Below are positions 1 to 9,553 of a stretch of 64,000 nucleotides of DNA, piece by piece. The stretch is from a virus (Duplodnaviria; Caudoviricetes): the IMG/VR virus record IMGVR_UViG_3300037067_027684, positions 32,001-96,000 of that record, one strand, 5' to 3'. Positions within the stretch are counted from its first letter, which is position 1. Each line of letters opens with the position of its first letter. The notes beneath the pieces are model-generated. The model had not been told where the DNA came from, ran no database searches, and saw nothing but the letters and a program-made list of their open reading frames with translations. The translations under genes were made by a program, and so were the position numbers.

Positions 1-3
1 GAT

Positions 4-1686
4 GTGTTTTGTACTCCTTGTAGTCTTGGCTATGGTACTGGATATTATTGGGTCTTTCCTGCTGATGTTGTCAGTAATCTTCGAAACGGTTTTGGACATT
101 ATACTGGTCAGAACAATATTAGTTTCCTTGGTAAAAAGATTTATCAATATAATCATCCAATTCCTAAGAGTTTACATTATACCAATCGTCCATTCTTAAT
201 TGACCAACAACTTGAAAGTGATCAATTGTTGGCTTATCGTCGTCCGTCGTTAGATGTCAAGAAAGACAATCATTTCTTTCCTGGGCATCGTTTTGTGTTT
301 GCAATGAATTTGGAATCAGATTATGTTCATCCTCTTTGGAAGGCTAAACCTTGGGATGGAGAAGGTGATTTAAATGCGCATTTGGTGACTCTTACTAATG
401 GTGATCAACAATTAGTTTTTGATACGGTCGATCTCATCTATCATGGTAATGGTATTCCTGCTGATGTTTCTACATATGGCACGCATGATGACAGAACTTA
501 TCAAGTTACACATAAGGTGTATATGGTTACTCCTCCTGGTCATCCAGCGGTTAAATTGGACGATGTTATTGTAGAAACTACGGACGAGAGTATTGTGTTT
601 GATTCCTCGGTCCCATTTGACCCTCTGTTTAAGTCATATAATCGTGATTGTAACCAGGATTATCGTGGTGGCTACCCTGCAGAATATGGTCGTTTTAATG
701 TTGATGATCTACGTGGCTCTGGTCATTGGAGTGAGGAATTATTAGATGCTCTTGGATTCCCACATCGTTCTGGTTCTGCTAGTGGTGAAGATATTACTGC
801 TTTGTTCACTTACAATAGCGGAATTTTGCTAGAAGAGAATGATGCTCAATGGCGTTATTATGAACCTTATCGGTATGATTGTGAATGCTCGCAATTCCCA
901 TGTAATGGTTCTACCGGTTCTGCGTCAACTGGTTCTACTGGTTCGGTTGGTCCTTTGGTTAATTTAACATCATGTTTGCTGGATCAATACCTACAACCCG
1001 ATGGCACTTATTATTATCGATGTGATCAACTTGATCTTGAGCCAAGAGTCGTGCTTGAAGAACAAATGGGAGTATGTTCTACGTTGTTTGATGGGACTAT
1101 CCCTAATTTCTTGTGTGTTACTCAGAGTGGTGTAATTCCTACAGGTTCTGCGATTTTACCAGTTGGTTCCTTTAAGTGGAAAGATGAATATGGCACTATC
1201 TATAGTGGTTCATGGACATTTAAGGATAATGTGTTAGACATCACAACCACCGTCAAAATTCCATATGTTTGGGGACAACCAATAGAAGGTTATGTTGAGA
1301 ATAGGATTGTTTATAAGAAAGGTATTGTTACTACTATTAGGGAAGTTTTTGAGATTGCGGTTGATGGTTCTTATGTTAAGACTGGAGAGGGAATTAGTCA
1401 GAAGGTTGAGTTCTTTGCGACAACATCTGTCTGCGGTGATCCTCCTTATGTTGACAATTTCTGTTATCATTATGACTGTGCTGTGGTTGATGAGATTGAT
1501 GGTTCAGTCACTTGCGGCTCTAGATGGGCTGATTTTGGTGATTTAGGTATTGCTTGGTCAGATTTGGTTGTTAATTCGTTTGGTGTTGTGACTGGAATTA
1601 ATTATACTGATCAACCATTCCAATGGGTGAATGTCTGGAGTGATGACGATGTTTTGGTTCATATCTGTGGATCTTCGGGGTCATGA
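4..1686 (+). CDS. Putative virion structural protein, probably 5'-truncated by the window
   Basis: 560-aa ORF open from the window edge; Cys/Asp/Gly/Thr-rich; ATGA overlap with next gene; lies in a structural-looking cluster. Confidence 0.55.
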   Translation: MFCTPCSLGYGTGYYWVFPADVVSNLRNGFGHYTGQNNISFLGKKIYQYNHPIPKSLHYTNRPFLIDQQLESDQLLAYRRPSLDVKKDNHFFPGHRFVFAMNLESDYVHPLWKAKPWDGEGDLNAHLVTLTNGDQQLVFDTVDLIYHGNGIPADVSTYGTHDDRTYQVTHKVYMVTPPGHPAVKLDDVIVETTDESIVFDSSVPFDPLFKSYNRDCNQDYRGGYPAEYGRFNVDDLRGSGHWSEELLDALGFPHRSGSASGEDITALFTYNSGILLEENDAQWRYYEPYRYDCECSQFPCNGSTGSASTGSTGSVGPLVNLTSCLLDQYLQPDGTYYYRCDQLDLEPRVVLEEQMGVCSTLFDGTIPNFLCVTQSGVIPTGSAILPVGSFKWKDEYGTIYSGSWTFKDNVLDITTTVKIPYVWGQPIEGYVENRIVYKKGIVTTIREVFEIAVDGSYVKTGEGISQKVEFFATTSVCGDPPYVDNFCYHYDCAVVDEIDGSVTCGSRWADFGDLGIAWSDLVVNSFGVVTGINYTDQPFQWVNVWSDDDVLVHICGSSGS

Positions 1687-3392
1687 ACAAATATATTACC
1701 GGATCAGAGCAAGGAGTAGCATTGGATAGTTTTAACGAAGATGTGGATGATAGCCTAAAGGATATCTTCGTCAACTGGGATACCTTTTGTAAGGAAAATG
1801 GTATTTTCTATGATATTGTGTCTGATGAAGCGAATATCCAAGGCTATCTTCTGTTAGATAAAGAGCATGCCGATAAGGTTCGTGATTATATTGGGAAGAA
1901 AGCAGAAGAGAATGATGTGCATATGGAAGTTGACAAAGATAGGCGTCATGGCGTGTTGTTTACTTTTACGATTACAAGCATTAATGACGATGGACATTGG
2001 CAACTTCTGAGTAAGAAGCCGAAACGTAGTGAGATGACTATGTTCGCCAACAAGAGCGATGCCAAGAAGGTAGATTCTGGTAAGAGTCTAGCGCATCAGG
2101 GCGGTTTTAAAGATAAGATCAATAGCATACTTAGACCAATTGATGAATCTGACGACATTCCTGAAAAAAGCATATTGAAGAGTATTCATAATGAAGATCA
2201 ATATAAGAGTCCCACTAGGCGCATGATTCAGAAGCAGACAGCTTTTAGGAGTTCCTTTAATAAGTCTAAGTCATTTGGTGGTGTTAAGAAATATATTGGT
2301 GAATCTCGTGAATTGTTGGAGATGGAGTCGCCGAAGATTGAAGTTTCTAGTAATGTTGGTTTAGTGAGTGCTAATCGGGTTCCATTCCCAACGAGAGATG
2401 AGAATCCAAATATTAGGGTTGCTCGCCAAGATTTGACTGATGCCCCTAGAAATCCGATGAATGTGATCGTTAAAAATAGTGAAATTCCTACGAGCACTTG
2501 GATATGTCCTAATTGTAATGATGAGATCCGTGAGAAATCACTTTATTTTGATAATATAAATTGGTTTCATCGTTCTTGTGGTGGGCAAATCATTCTGCCT
2601 GAAAGAGAATTTGTGTCAGAAGCGGTTGTTTCGCTAGCTCCTACCCAGATTATGTTCCCAAGTAGATTGCAGGAATACCTTAGGCAGACTAAGCTGCCAA
2701 TCGGTGTTGAAAAATGGGACCCACAGAAAATTAGGGATTTAATTGGGAATACTAACCGAAAGCGTGAATATTTAGAAGATTGGATGTATGAGAATCGTGT
2801 TTTATTGAGGAGTGCTGATAGGAATTATGTTGATACTCTGAATTTATTACATCGTCGCTACAAAGAAAAAGCTGACAAGCTTAACAGCATTCTCAGTGGT
2901 ATGGGTATCGTTACTGAACGTACTGTTCCAGCCACTAGAGTTGGTAGGACTACCGACCCAATAAGCCGCCAGTCTCCTAAGAAGTTCGTTCCTGATCCTG
3001 GTAACGAAATGGTTGCTAACCCAGACGAAGTGATTCCTATTGATAGTGGTACTTTACCATCTCAGCCAGCGGATGCCCAAGCTCCAGATGTTGATGACAC
3101 TCCTTTAACTAATGTCCAGCCTGATGACACGGCTTCGAAGGTTTCTCAACGTGTGGATGGTGCGGCTCAAGAGCTGGCTAAGCAGCAGAATATGAGACCA
3201 ATTGGTGAGTTTGGGCCTACTGATTTACGTGCCGCGAATGCCCAACCAGTGTCTAATGTGAGTGTACAGCATCCTCCTACTCGTGGTATGGATTTGACTT
3301 CTCCGCGTGTTACGGTAACTGGCAAACGTGGGATGACCAGGACTGCCGATGATTTATATCGGGAATTAATGACTCTAATGGGGCAGGGATAA
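1683..3392 (+). CDS. Modular hypothetical protein, possible internal head protein with a small Zn-ribbon
   Basis: CPNC..HRSC module, Pro/Gln-rich C-terminus, several (I/L/V)xE sites between modules. Confidence 0.55.
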   Translation: MNKYITGSEQGVALDSFNEDVDDSLKDIFVNWDTFCKENGIFYDIVSDEANIQGYLLLDKEHADKVRDYIGKKAEENDVHMEVDKDRRHGVLFTFTITSINDDGHWQLLSKKPKRSEMTMFANKSDAKKVDSGKSLAHQGGFKDKINSILRPIDESDDIPEKSILKSIHNEDQYKSPTRRMIQKQTAFRSSFNKSKSFGGVKKYIGESRELLEMESPKIEVSSNVGLVSANRVPFPTRDENPNIRVARQDLTDAPRNPMNVIVKNSEIPTSTWICPNCNDEIREKSLYFDNINWFHRSCGGQIILPEREFVSEAVVSLAPTQIMFPSRLQEYLRQTKLPIGVEKWDPQKIRDLIGNTNRKREYLEDWMYENRVLLRSADRNYVDTLNLLHRRYKEKADKLNSILSGMGIVTERTVPATRVGRTTDPISRQSPKKFVPDPGNEMVANPDEVIPIDSGTLPSQPADAQAPDVDDTPLTNVQPDDTASKVSQRVDGAAQELAKQQNMRPIGEFGPTDLRAANAQPVSNVSVQHPPTRGMDLTSPRVTVTGKRGMTRTADDLYRELMTLMGQG

Positions 3393-3410
3393 ATACTTTG
3401 AGGATCAAAC

Positions 3411-4055
3411 ATGTCAATACCAGAACATGACAATAGAATGCAGTTTCCTCCAACCTTAATTGATTTTGATGATCAAGTTGGAGTTACTGGTCAATTACAT
3501 GATACGTATCCAGCTCCTGGGCAGCAGCCGCGTTATGATTGGTTTCGTATGGCAATTATTGCCCTATTATCAATGCAATCATCGGAAGATCCGCCTACTC
3601 AATATCGTACTGGTACTCCTTGGTTTAATAGAACTAACAATACTATCGAAGTATGGAGTGGTACTGCTTGGGTCGGAATTGCTACTTTTATTGGCTTAGA
3701 GACTAGTTTGTCTGGTGATGTGACTGATTTACTTGGGTGGTATAATTCTGCTAAGGTTAAATTGACTAAGATTCAACCAAGAATTACCTATAGTGGCAGA
3801 TCTTCAGCTAGTAATGTAGCGACGATTCCGGTGCCAACATCAGTTCAAACCACAATTACTGGTTTGGAATCAATTTTGAGACCATTGGTGTACATTAATG
3901 GTGCTTTGGTTGACCCAAGGTTGTGTAATTTCAATCCTGGTTGTCCCAATTCGATTTTGTTGTCTGGTGGTGTTACTTTGGATAGGAATGATAATTTTAC
4001 TGTGATGATTGAATACTTCGATCAATTCCTAAGCGAAGATGTAATTGCGTCATAA
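3411..4055 (+). CDS. Putative virion structural protein
   Basis: GAGG SD; GTPWFNRTNNTIEVWSGTAW resembles fibre-type repeats; LVYING motif. Confidence 0.55.
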   Translation: MSIPEHDNRMQFPPTLIDFDDQVGVTGQLHDTYPAPGQQPRYDWFRMAIIALLSMQSSEDPPTQYRTGTPWFNRTNNTIEVWSGTAWVGIATFIGLETSLSGDVTDLLGWYNSAKVKLTKIQPRITYSGRSSASNVATIPVPTSVQTTITGLESILRPLVYINGALVDPRLCNFNPGCPNSILLSGGVTLDRNDNFTVMIEYFDQFLSEDVIAS

Positions 4056-4065
4056 GGAGAGTCAG

Positions 4066-5133
4066 ATGAACCAGAGCGTGACATTCGAGGAAGCCTATAA
4101 GGTCTTCCATGGCGATAAGAAAGGCGTTCACGGTATTCTAGAGTTCATCATCCGTGATCGTCGTGGGAATGTGGTACAACATTATTTTGATAGGAATATC
4201 ATTAAGATTTTCGCCAAAGAAATGTTGGCGCATAGGTTGCCTTCTACGCAAATCTGGGACCCGAATGCTAATACTGGCACGGGTGCTTGGGTTGATTCTG
4301 GAATTGATCCCACTGAAGAATTCTCCGCCAGATACATTCTGTTTGGTGCTTCCTTCAGCAGCACAGGTGCTCCTCTAGACAATGAAGACCCTCGTTTCTA
4401 TACTAAGGATACTGTGACTGATACTTATATTCCGATTAGATTAGGTCCTGGTGCTGAATATGAGGGTAGTTTGATTAATGCTATTCCACTTGCTGAACCT
4501 AATCGCTCTCTGAAGAAAGTTGAAGACATTTCTTATCAGGCTAGTTTTCAACCTGCTGGTACTCCGCTTCTTCAGAGTGATGTTCGTGGTATTAATAATA
4601 TTCTTAAGTTGAAGACAACTTTGCGTTTGGATGAATATAATGGTTTTGGATTGACTGATAGTGATTATTTCACGATAACTGAGGTTGCACTTGCTGGTGG
4701 TAAGAAGTTTTCTACTGTTGGTGCTTGCGAGTGCACTCCTAGGACTCTGTTTTTAGAGGGTGGCTCTGGTTCTGGTGGTCCTCTTCATTGTTCGGCCAAT
4801 GGTACTAGTACGGTTACTATTGACACTGGCGAATCGGATGTTGATTTGATCAAGGCTGGTGATCAGATCAAGATTGTTGGTGCTTCTGATAGTGTTGGTA
4901 GTGAGTCTATTAATCAGGTTAATCCTTTCTATTTGGTGTTGACGAAAGCTGTTGGTGGTCGTGATCTTGGCCTAGATAGGACTCCGGTTGATGTTAATAA
5001 TGTTCCTTTGACTGGTTCTATTGGTGTTTATCGTGATACTTTGCGAATTTTCTCGCATCGCATACTTTCAGTGCCTTTGAAGAAATCAAGTGATTTCGAA
5101 ATCGAAGTTGTCTGGAGAATTATTTTTGCTTAA
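4066..5133 (+). CDS. Tail-collar/baseplate-wedge-like protein
   Basis: AAGGAG SD before ATG 4066; TLRLDEYNG..TITEVAL and IFSHRI..PLKKSSDFEIEVVWRIIF motifs typical of tail-collar proteins. Confidence 0.6.
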   Translation: MNQSVTFEEAYKVFHGDKKGVHGILEFIIRDRRGNVVQHYFDRNIIKIFAKEMLAHRLPSTQIWDPNANTGTGAWVDSGIDPTEEFSARYILFGASFSSTGAPLDNEDPRFYTKDTVTDTYIPIRLGPGAEYEGSLINAIPLAEPNRSLKKVEDISYQASFQPAGTPLLQSDVRGINNILKLKTTLRLDEYNGFGLTDSDYFTITEVALAGGKKFSTVGACECTPRTLFLEGGSGSGGPLHCSANGTSTVTIDTGESDVDLIKAGDQIKIVGASDSVGSESINQVNPFYLVLTKAVGGRDLGLDRTPVDVNNVPLTGSIGVYRDTLRIFSHRILSVPLKKSSDFEIEVVWRIIFA

Positions 5134-5152
5134 AGATTGATCACAAAATCAA

Positions 5153-5197
5153 TGCTCTCCTTAATCATACAGACGTATATAAAGATTAAGGAGAGCA
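5153..5197 (+). promoter_or_regulatory. RBS-occluding hairpin upstream of endonuclease gene
   Basis: Perfect 14-bp inverted repeat TGCTCTCCTTAATC (5153-5166)/GATTAAGGAGAGCA (5184-5197); right arm contains SD AAGGAG. Confidence 0.85.
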
Positions 5198-5200
5198 ACA

Positions 5201-6451
5201 ATGCCAACAACTCTTAATTGGTCTGAAATTGATCCTCTAATCAGAGAGCATCTTCCATCAATGACTTGTGTTGATTTTTGTAAGCGTTTTCCATTTACTA
5301 TCTCTCGGACGATTGGGCAAAGAGCCAAGAAACTTGGAGTTAAACCATCTGCTAAGAAAATAAGTATTGAACATAGATTGAAAATAGGTCTAGCGCAGTC
5401 GAAGTATGAACCTACTTCTGAAATTGATGATTTTATCCTAAACAATAGTAGTAAGCTTAGTGTGGTTGATATGGCTTGTAAGTGTAGTACAAGTCAGATG
5501 TGGTCTCCATATGCTATTAGGAAAAGGATGAAAGAATTGGGAGTTAAGGTCACACGTGTGGAAAATCGTGACCCGAAGAAGAAAAGAATACCTATATCTT
5601 CAAATAGAATTAATTGGTCTATTTTTGATGATTTGCTTAGAACTAAATTAACAGAGATGTCGGTCGAAGATTTTCAGAGAGAATTCATGCCAATGGTGTC
5701 TTCTAAGGCAATTGGCAAACGGGCTAGGAAACTTGGGATTGCGCATGGAACTTATAGACCGGATTCTAACCATAAATTGAAGATTAGTGAGGGTGTTCGA
5801 ATATATAGGTTCCAGTCTGGTCAGGACGATTTTATGAAAAACAATGTTGATAGATTTAATCAGGTTGAATTTGCTGAGATGTTTGGTGTTAGTCAAATGG
5901 CGATTTGGAGAAGAATGAATGAACTTGGTTTGGAAAGAGATATTTCTAATTTGGAACATCGACATTATGGTAGAATTGGAGGACCAATTGGTTCATCGAT
6001 ACGTCAACATCAATTACAAAATATGACCAATGGCGAATTGAAGGTTTTACGCGAGAAGATTAGTAGAAGTTGTCAGGTTGCTTTTAAAGAAGGGCGTATC
6101 AAGCCCAGATTTGGTATTGGGAGTGATTTGGTGACAGTTAAAGGTGGTTCTTTTCATACGCGCTCTAGCTATGAAACAAGTTATGCTAGGATTTTAGATT
6201 GTAATGAAGATGTTATTCGTTTTGAATATGAACCATTTGAGATTGAGTATGAATTTGGTGGTATTAAAAGATTTTACAATCCTGATTTTCTTGTTTGGTA
6301 TATTGATCGTGTTGAATTGGTTGAGGTCAAACCAAAGCGTTTCCTTAATGAAGAAAGAAATCCAGCTAAATTCACTGCGGCTGAGAGATTTTGTCTTGAT
6401 AAAGGTATTGATTTTGTTGTTGTGACAGAGGCTGAGTTAGATAAAACATAG
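5201..6451 (+). CDS. Free-standing endonuclease: repeated HTH/NUMOD3-like N-terminus plus TnsA-N-like PD-(D/E)xK domain
   Basis: RSSYE..FEYEP..YNPDFLV..LVEVKP..KFTAA..FVVVTE motif series; duplicated N-terminal units (HRLKIG, HKLKISEG). Confidence 0.75.
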   Translation: MPTTLNWSEIDPLIREHLPSMTCVDFCKRFPFTISRTIGQRAKKLGVKPSAKKISIEHRLKIGLAQSKYEPTSEIDDFILNNSSKLSVVDMACKCSTSQMWSPYAIRKRMKELGVKVTRVENRDPKKKRIPISSNRINWSIFDDLLRTKLTEMSVEDFQREFMPMVSSKAIGKRARKLGIAHGTYRPDSNHKLKISEGVRIYRFQSGQDDFMKNNVDRFNQVEFAEMFGVSQMAIWRRMNELGLERDISNLEHRHYGRIGGPIGSSIRQHQLQNMTNGELKVLREKISRSCQVAFKEGRIKPRFGIGSDLVTVKGGSFHTRSSYETSYARILDCNEDVIRFEYEPFEIEYEFGGIKRFYNPDFLVWYIDRVELVEVKPKRFLNEERNPAKFTAAERFCLDKGIDFVVVTEAELDKT

Positions 6452-6454
6452 AGT

Positions 6455-6751
6455 ATGGATTTTGATAGTTTGTTGACAGAGGCTCTAGATAAGGTGACTC
6501 GGAAATATGAGATCACTGGGAGTGAGAAACAGTTGGATGAACTTGAGTCTTTACTTGCTTGGGCACAATATCTTGGCTCTATTGGGCATTCAGGGACTGC
6601 TGAATTTTCGGTTGATGGCGATGGAAGTGCTAGGATTGAGGTGAAGAAGGGTAATTCTAAAATTAAACTTGATGATAATGACGAACATTGGGTTAATAAG
6701 GACGGCCATATTAGACATTGTGGGACGGAATTTAAGGTCGGTCTTAATTAG
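6455..6751 (+). CDS. Hypothetical protein with N-terminal LLTEA propeptide-like segment
   Basis: 98-aa ORF; AAAACATA motif 4 nt upstream of ATG. Confidence 0.6.
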   Translation: MDFDSLLTEALDKVTRKYEITGSEKQLDELESLLAWAQYLGSIGHSGTAEFSVDGDGSARIEVKKGNSKIKLDDNDEHWVNKDGHIRHCGTEFKVGLN

Positions 6752-6776
6752 GTATTTGAAATTAGGAGGATCTAAT

Positions 6777-6974
6777 ATGAGTGGATGCGGCTGTGGTTGT
6801 AAATGTGGCAACAAACAGACCGATTGTGACCTTTGTGGTGACCCACTTCCAAAGGATCACAAGCGTTGTAAATGTTGTGGTCGAAGTGCCTGTAAGTCTT
6901 GCTTAAATGAAGATGATTTTTGCATTGTGTGTGTTGAGACTGAACACGAATGTCCAGCATGCAAGTGTGAATGA
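6777..6974 (+). CDS. Small Cys-rich (metallothionein/Zn-finger-like) protein
   Basis: AGGAGG SD; 16 Cys in 65 aa (CGCGCKC, CxxC, CKCC). Confidence 0.7.
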   Translation: MSGCGCGCKCGNKQTDCDLCGDPLPKDHKRCKCCGRSACKSCLNEDDFCIVCVETEHECPACKCE

Positions 6975-7006
6975 CGTATTCCACTGACTCCAAAGATAAT
7001 GCGTAC

Positions 7007-7145
7007 GGAGCTTCTGATGCCACATCTACGTGCCTACGTCTGTTGTACTTCTCCCCTTATGATAGAGGGGATTCGCCACGCAGTTGACACCTCGATGAAC
7101 TCCACATCTCCCCATTGTAGGTAGCAGATGTGGCGTCAAGGCTCT
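7007..7145 (+). ncRNA. Candidate structured RNA (~140 nt; long closing stem, large internal region)
   Basis: TGATGCCACATCT (7015-27) pairs AGATGTGGCGTCA (7126-38); TGCCTAC/GTAGGTA; GAGC/GCTC; inner TCCCCT/AGGGGA; follows CAAAGATA motif at 6991. Confidence 0.6.
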
Positions 7146-7793
7146 ATGAAAAAGATTATTCTTCTCTGGCCCACAGCACGACCACAAGTAATGCGCCAAA
7201 CACACCTGATTTGGCATAATAGAGCAGTCGTTAAACCCGACATTCTCATTGCCGTTAATACACCAGAACAACAAAGTCAATTGTTAGATTTTGGTAATGT
7301 GCTGGTTGTTGGTGATAATCGTAAGGGGCCAGCGTATCCCACTTTTGTTTTAGGCAAAGAAGTTAATGCCAAGCATGGTGATATTCTGATTCTTGTGTCT
7401 GATGACTTCTATCCTCCAGATCATTGGGACGAATATTTGAGGAGTGCTTTTGAGAGTTACTCTGGCTCAATTTTGGTTAATGATGGTCATCAATTTGGTG
7501 GTTGTATGACCATTCCTATCATGGATTATGCTTGTTTGCTTAAGTTGAATCGGATAATTTATCATTCTGATTATAATTGGCAATATGCTGATACTGAACT
7601 CTTTTTGAATTTAAGTGAAATGGGATTATTGCGTGATTTGCGGTTGACAAGTCCTGTGTTTGAGCATAGGCATTGGGCAAACGGTAAGAGGGTTCTAGAT
7701 GAGGTTGATGTTCCTGGCGCTAGGATGCGTGATTATGATATTTTGACTTGGGAGAGGAGATCTAAGTTGTCTCTGATTGAGCGACTGAAATAA
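7146..7793 (+). CDS. GT-A fold (GT2-like) glycosyltransferase
   Basis: N-terminal PTAR, LVSDDF DxD-like motif, YADTE and FEHRHW motifs. Confidence 0.7.
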   Translation: MKKIILLWPTARPQVMRQTHLIWHNRAVVKPDILIAVNTPEQQSQLLDFGNVLVVGDNRKGPAYPTFVLGKEVNAKHGDILILVSDDFYPPDHWDEYLRSAFESYSGSILVNDGHQFGGCMTIPIMDYACLLKLNRIIYHSDYNWQYADTELFLNLSEMGLLRDLRLTSPVFEHRHWANGKRVLDEVDVPGARMRDYDILTWERRSKLSLIERLK

Positions 7794-7839
7794 CTGTAAA
7801 ATATCGTCAGGCGTGATATGATTTATTAGGAGACACTAA

Positions 7840-8193
7840 ATGCTTGGTCCTGATGAACTCACCAAACTTTGTATTAGCCTAATAAAGAATAAGGAGCAAG
7901 TCATCAGGACTCTTTACGATGATATTAATAAGGCCGAAGCTCAAGTTGACGGTTTAACCAAGGTGATTCCTTCTCTAGATCAATCAAGCGAAGAGAACTT
8001 TAGGTATCAATTGAAGACATGTATGCAGGTTCAAGCTCAACAGGCTTTGATCATTAGGAAGCTGTTGATGATGAATTTTATTTTGGTTGCATCTGGTGAT
8101 TTGGAGCGTCAAGCAGCTAGTGTTGCAAATACTTTGGGTGGTGGTAAGGAAGCGTTACAGGCGATGTTTAATGCAAAGCTTGGAGGGAAATGA
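7840..8193 (+). CDS. Hypothetical helical protein
   Basis: AGGAG SD; coupled to next gene. Confidence 0.6.
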   Translation: MLGPDELTKLCISLIKNKEQVIRTLYDDINKAEAQVDGLTKVIPSLDQSSEENFRYQLKTCMQVQAQQALIIRKLLMMNFILVASGDLERQAASVANTLGGGKEALQAMFNAKLGGK

Positions 8194-8732
8194 TGCCTAC
8201 GTGGTTATTCACTACTGGTTCTACTCGTGGCAGCTTTCAAGCAGTTGAGGCCGATGGTGAGGTAATAGATGTTATTGGGGTTGATCTAGTTCTTGGTTCT
8301 GGCGATGGTGAGACTGTTGAAGAGGCTATGAAAAAGGTTGTTGAGAAGATTAGTAGTGAGCGTCGAGTTCCAAAATATCTTTATGATCAAAAGAAGATTA
8401 TTGCTCACCTAGTGACTAAGAGTAGTTGGATTGACCACAACGGTGCTCTAAAGGAATCTAGTGTTGATGTTCTCAAACGAATTACACCTCAAGAGGAGGT
8501 TAAGGTTACTGCTCCTCAGCGCGACGCAATTGGTAGTTATAAGGCCCAGGTTTGTCAATGGTGTGGCGATGAAGTTCCAAGTAACGGGGCTGCTCAGTTT
8601 TCCCATCTAAAAAAGCACGTTAATCATTTGGTTGAGAAGAATGCTTTAACTAAGGAACAGGGGTTGGCGATTAGGAAGATTAGGTTGACTCCGGATATGG
8701 AGAAGACTTTCAAGGAGTTTTTCAAGCGGTAA
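8190..8732 (+). CDS. Hypothetical protein with C2H2-like Zn finger
   Basis: CQWC..FSHLKKH motif. Confidence 0.6.
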   Translation: MMPTWLFTTGSTRGSFQAVEADGEVIDVIGVDLVLGSGDGETVEEAMKKVVEKISSERRVPKYLYDQKKIIAHLVTKSSWIDHNGALKESSVDVLKRITPQEEVKVTAPQRDAIGSYKAQVCQWCGDEVPSNGAAQFSHLKKHVNHLVEKNALTKEQGLAIRKIRLTPDMEKTFKEFFKR

Positions 8733-8736
8733 AAGA

Positions 8737-8817
8737 TAACTTTGGGTGCACCTGGATGGTGGGTTGTCCTGGATACCCCTCCTCCACTGCCCATTTGAAG
8801 GGCGCACCCTAAAGTTA
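8737..8817 (+). ncRNA. Candidate small GC-rich structured RNA or regulatory hairpin
   Basis: TAACTTT-GGGTGC (8737-49) pairs GCACCC-T-AAAGTTA (8804-17); GC-rich interior; promoter-like motifs on both sides. Confidence 0.4.
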
Positions 8818-8827
8818 AATATAAGTT

Positions 8828-9553
8828 ATGACACCAAGATTATTGGCCCTATTAATCACCGAAAATATCACCAGAAACAATGGATTAATTCTAGAAGGCG
8901 CAGACTTAGTAGATGTTCTAACCAAAGAATTCCCATCACTTCCTCAAATCCTCCAACAGCAAAAAGTCAACATAAGCAATCTTAGGATGATAGCCAGAGG
9001 CGATAAAGGAACTGCATTCACAGACGGACGTGTGGTTGTCAAAATAACTGAAGATCAAAATGAAGCACACGCCTCAGCTAATATTCAGGGGCAAACAATA
9101 CCAAATGTCAATAAAATTCATTATGTCGGAAAGTTCATGAAAGCAATTCCATATCAAGAAGAGACAGATGAGGAACCATTAGAAACAGAATATTATATTA
9201 TCATTCAAGATTTACTCCACACTAAATTGACTGCCCAAGAACAGAATGTAGCGAATATTCTTGGTCAATTTATGCTTAAGTATTATATGAAATTATCTTG
9301 GCCATTTGATTTGAATAAGGTACTCGATATATTCTATAAGTATGCTTACATGAAAACCCATGATAACCTTAAGAGTCCTACGGCTGATTTGATGGTGAAG
9401 CAGATCTTATCTGCATTATTGAGGTTGAAGGAAAAAGGTATTACTGTTTTAGATATTAAGGATGATAATGTTGGTAAGAATGATAATGGTTATGTGTTAT
9501 TTGATCTTGGTATTTCGAAATCACCCCACATCCATATTCCTACCATATCTTAG
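8828..9553 (+). CDS. Protein kinase-like fold protein
   Basis: IARGDKGTAF Gly-loop, VVKIT Lys, EA helix-C Glu, LDIKDDNV catalytic loop, LFDLG. Confidence 0.75.
   Translation: MTPRLLALLITENITRNNGLILEGADLVDVLTKEFPSLPQILQQQKVNISNLRMIARGDKGTAFTDGRVVVKITEDQNEAHASANIQGQTIPNVNKIHYVGKFMKAIPYQEETDEEPLETEYYIIIQDLLHTKLTAQEQNVANILGQFMLKYYMKLSWPFDLNKVLDIFYKYAYMKTHDNLKSPTADLMVKQILSALLRLKEKGITVLDIKDDNVGKNDNGYVLFDLGISKSPHIHIPTIS

Noticed and set aside
7026-7280. Minus-strand 84-aa ORF over the structured element, and ORF 8746-8985
   Set aside because: They overlap better-supported genes and lack an SD; the base-pairing pattern explains the sequence better
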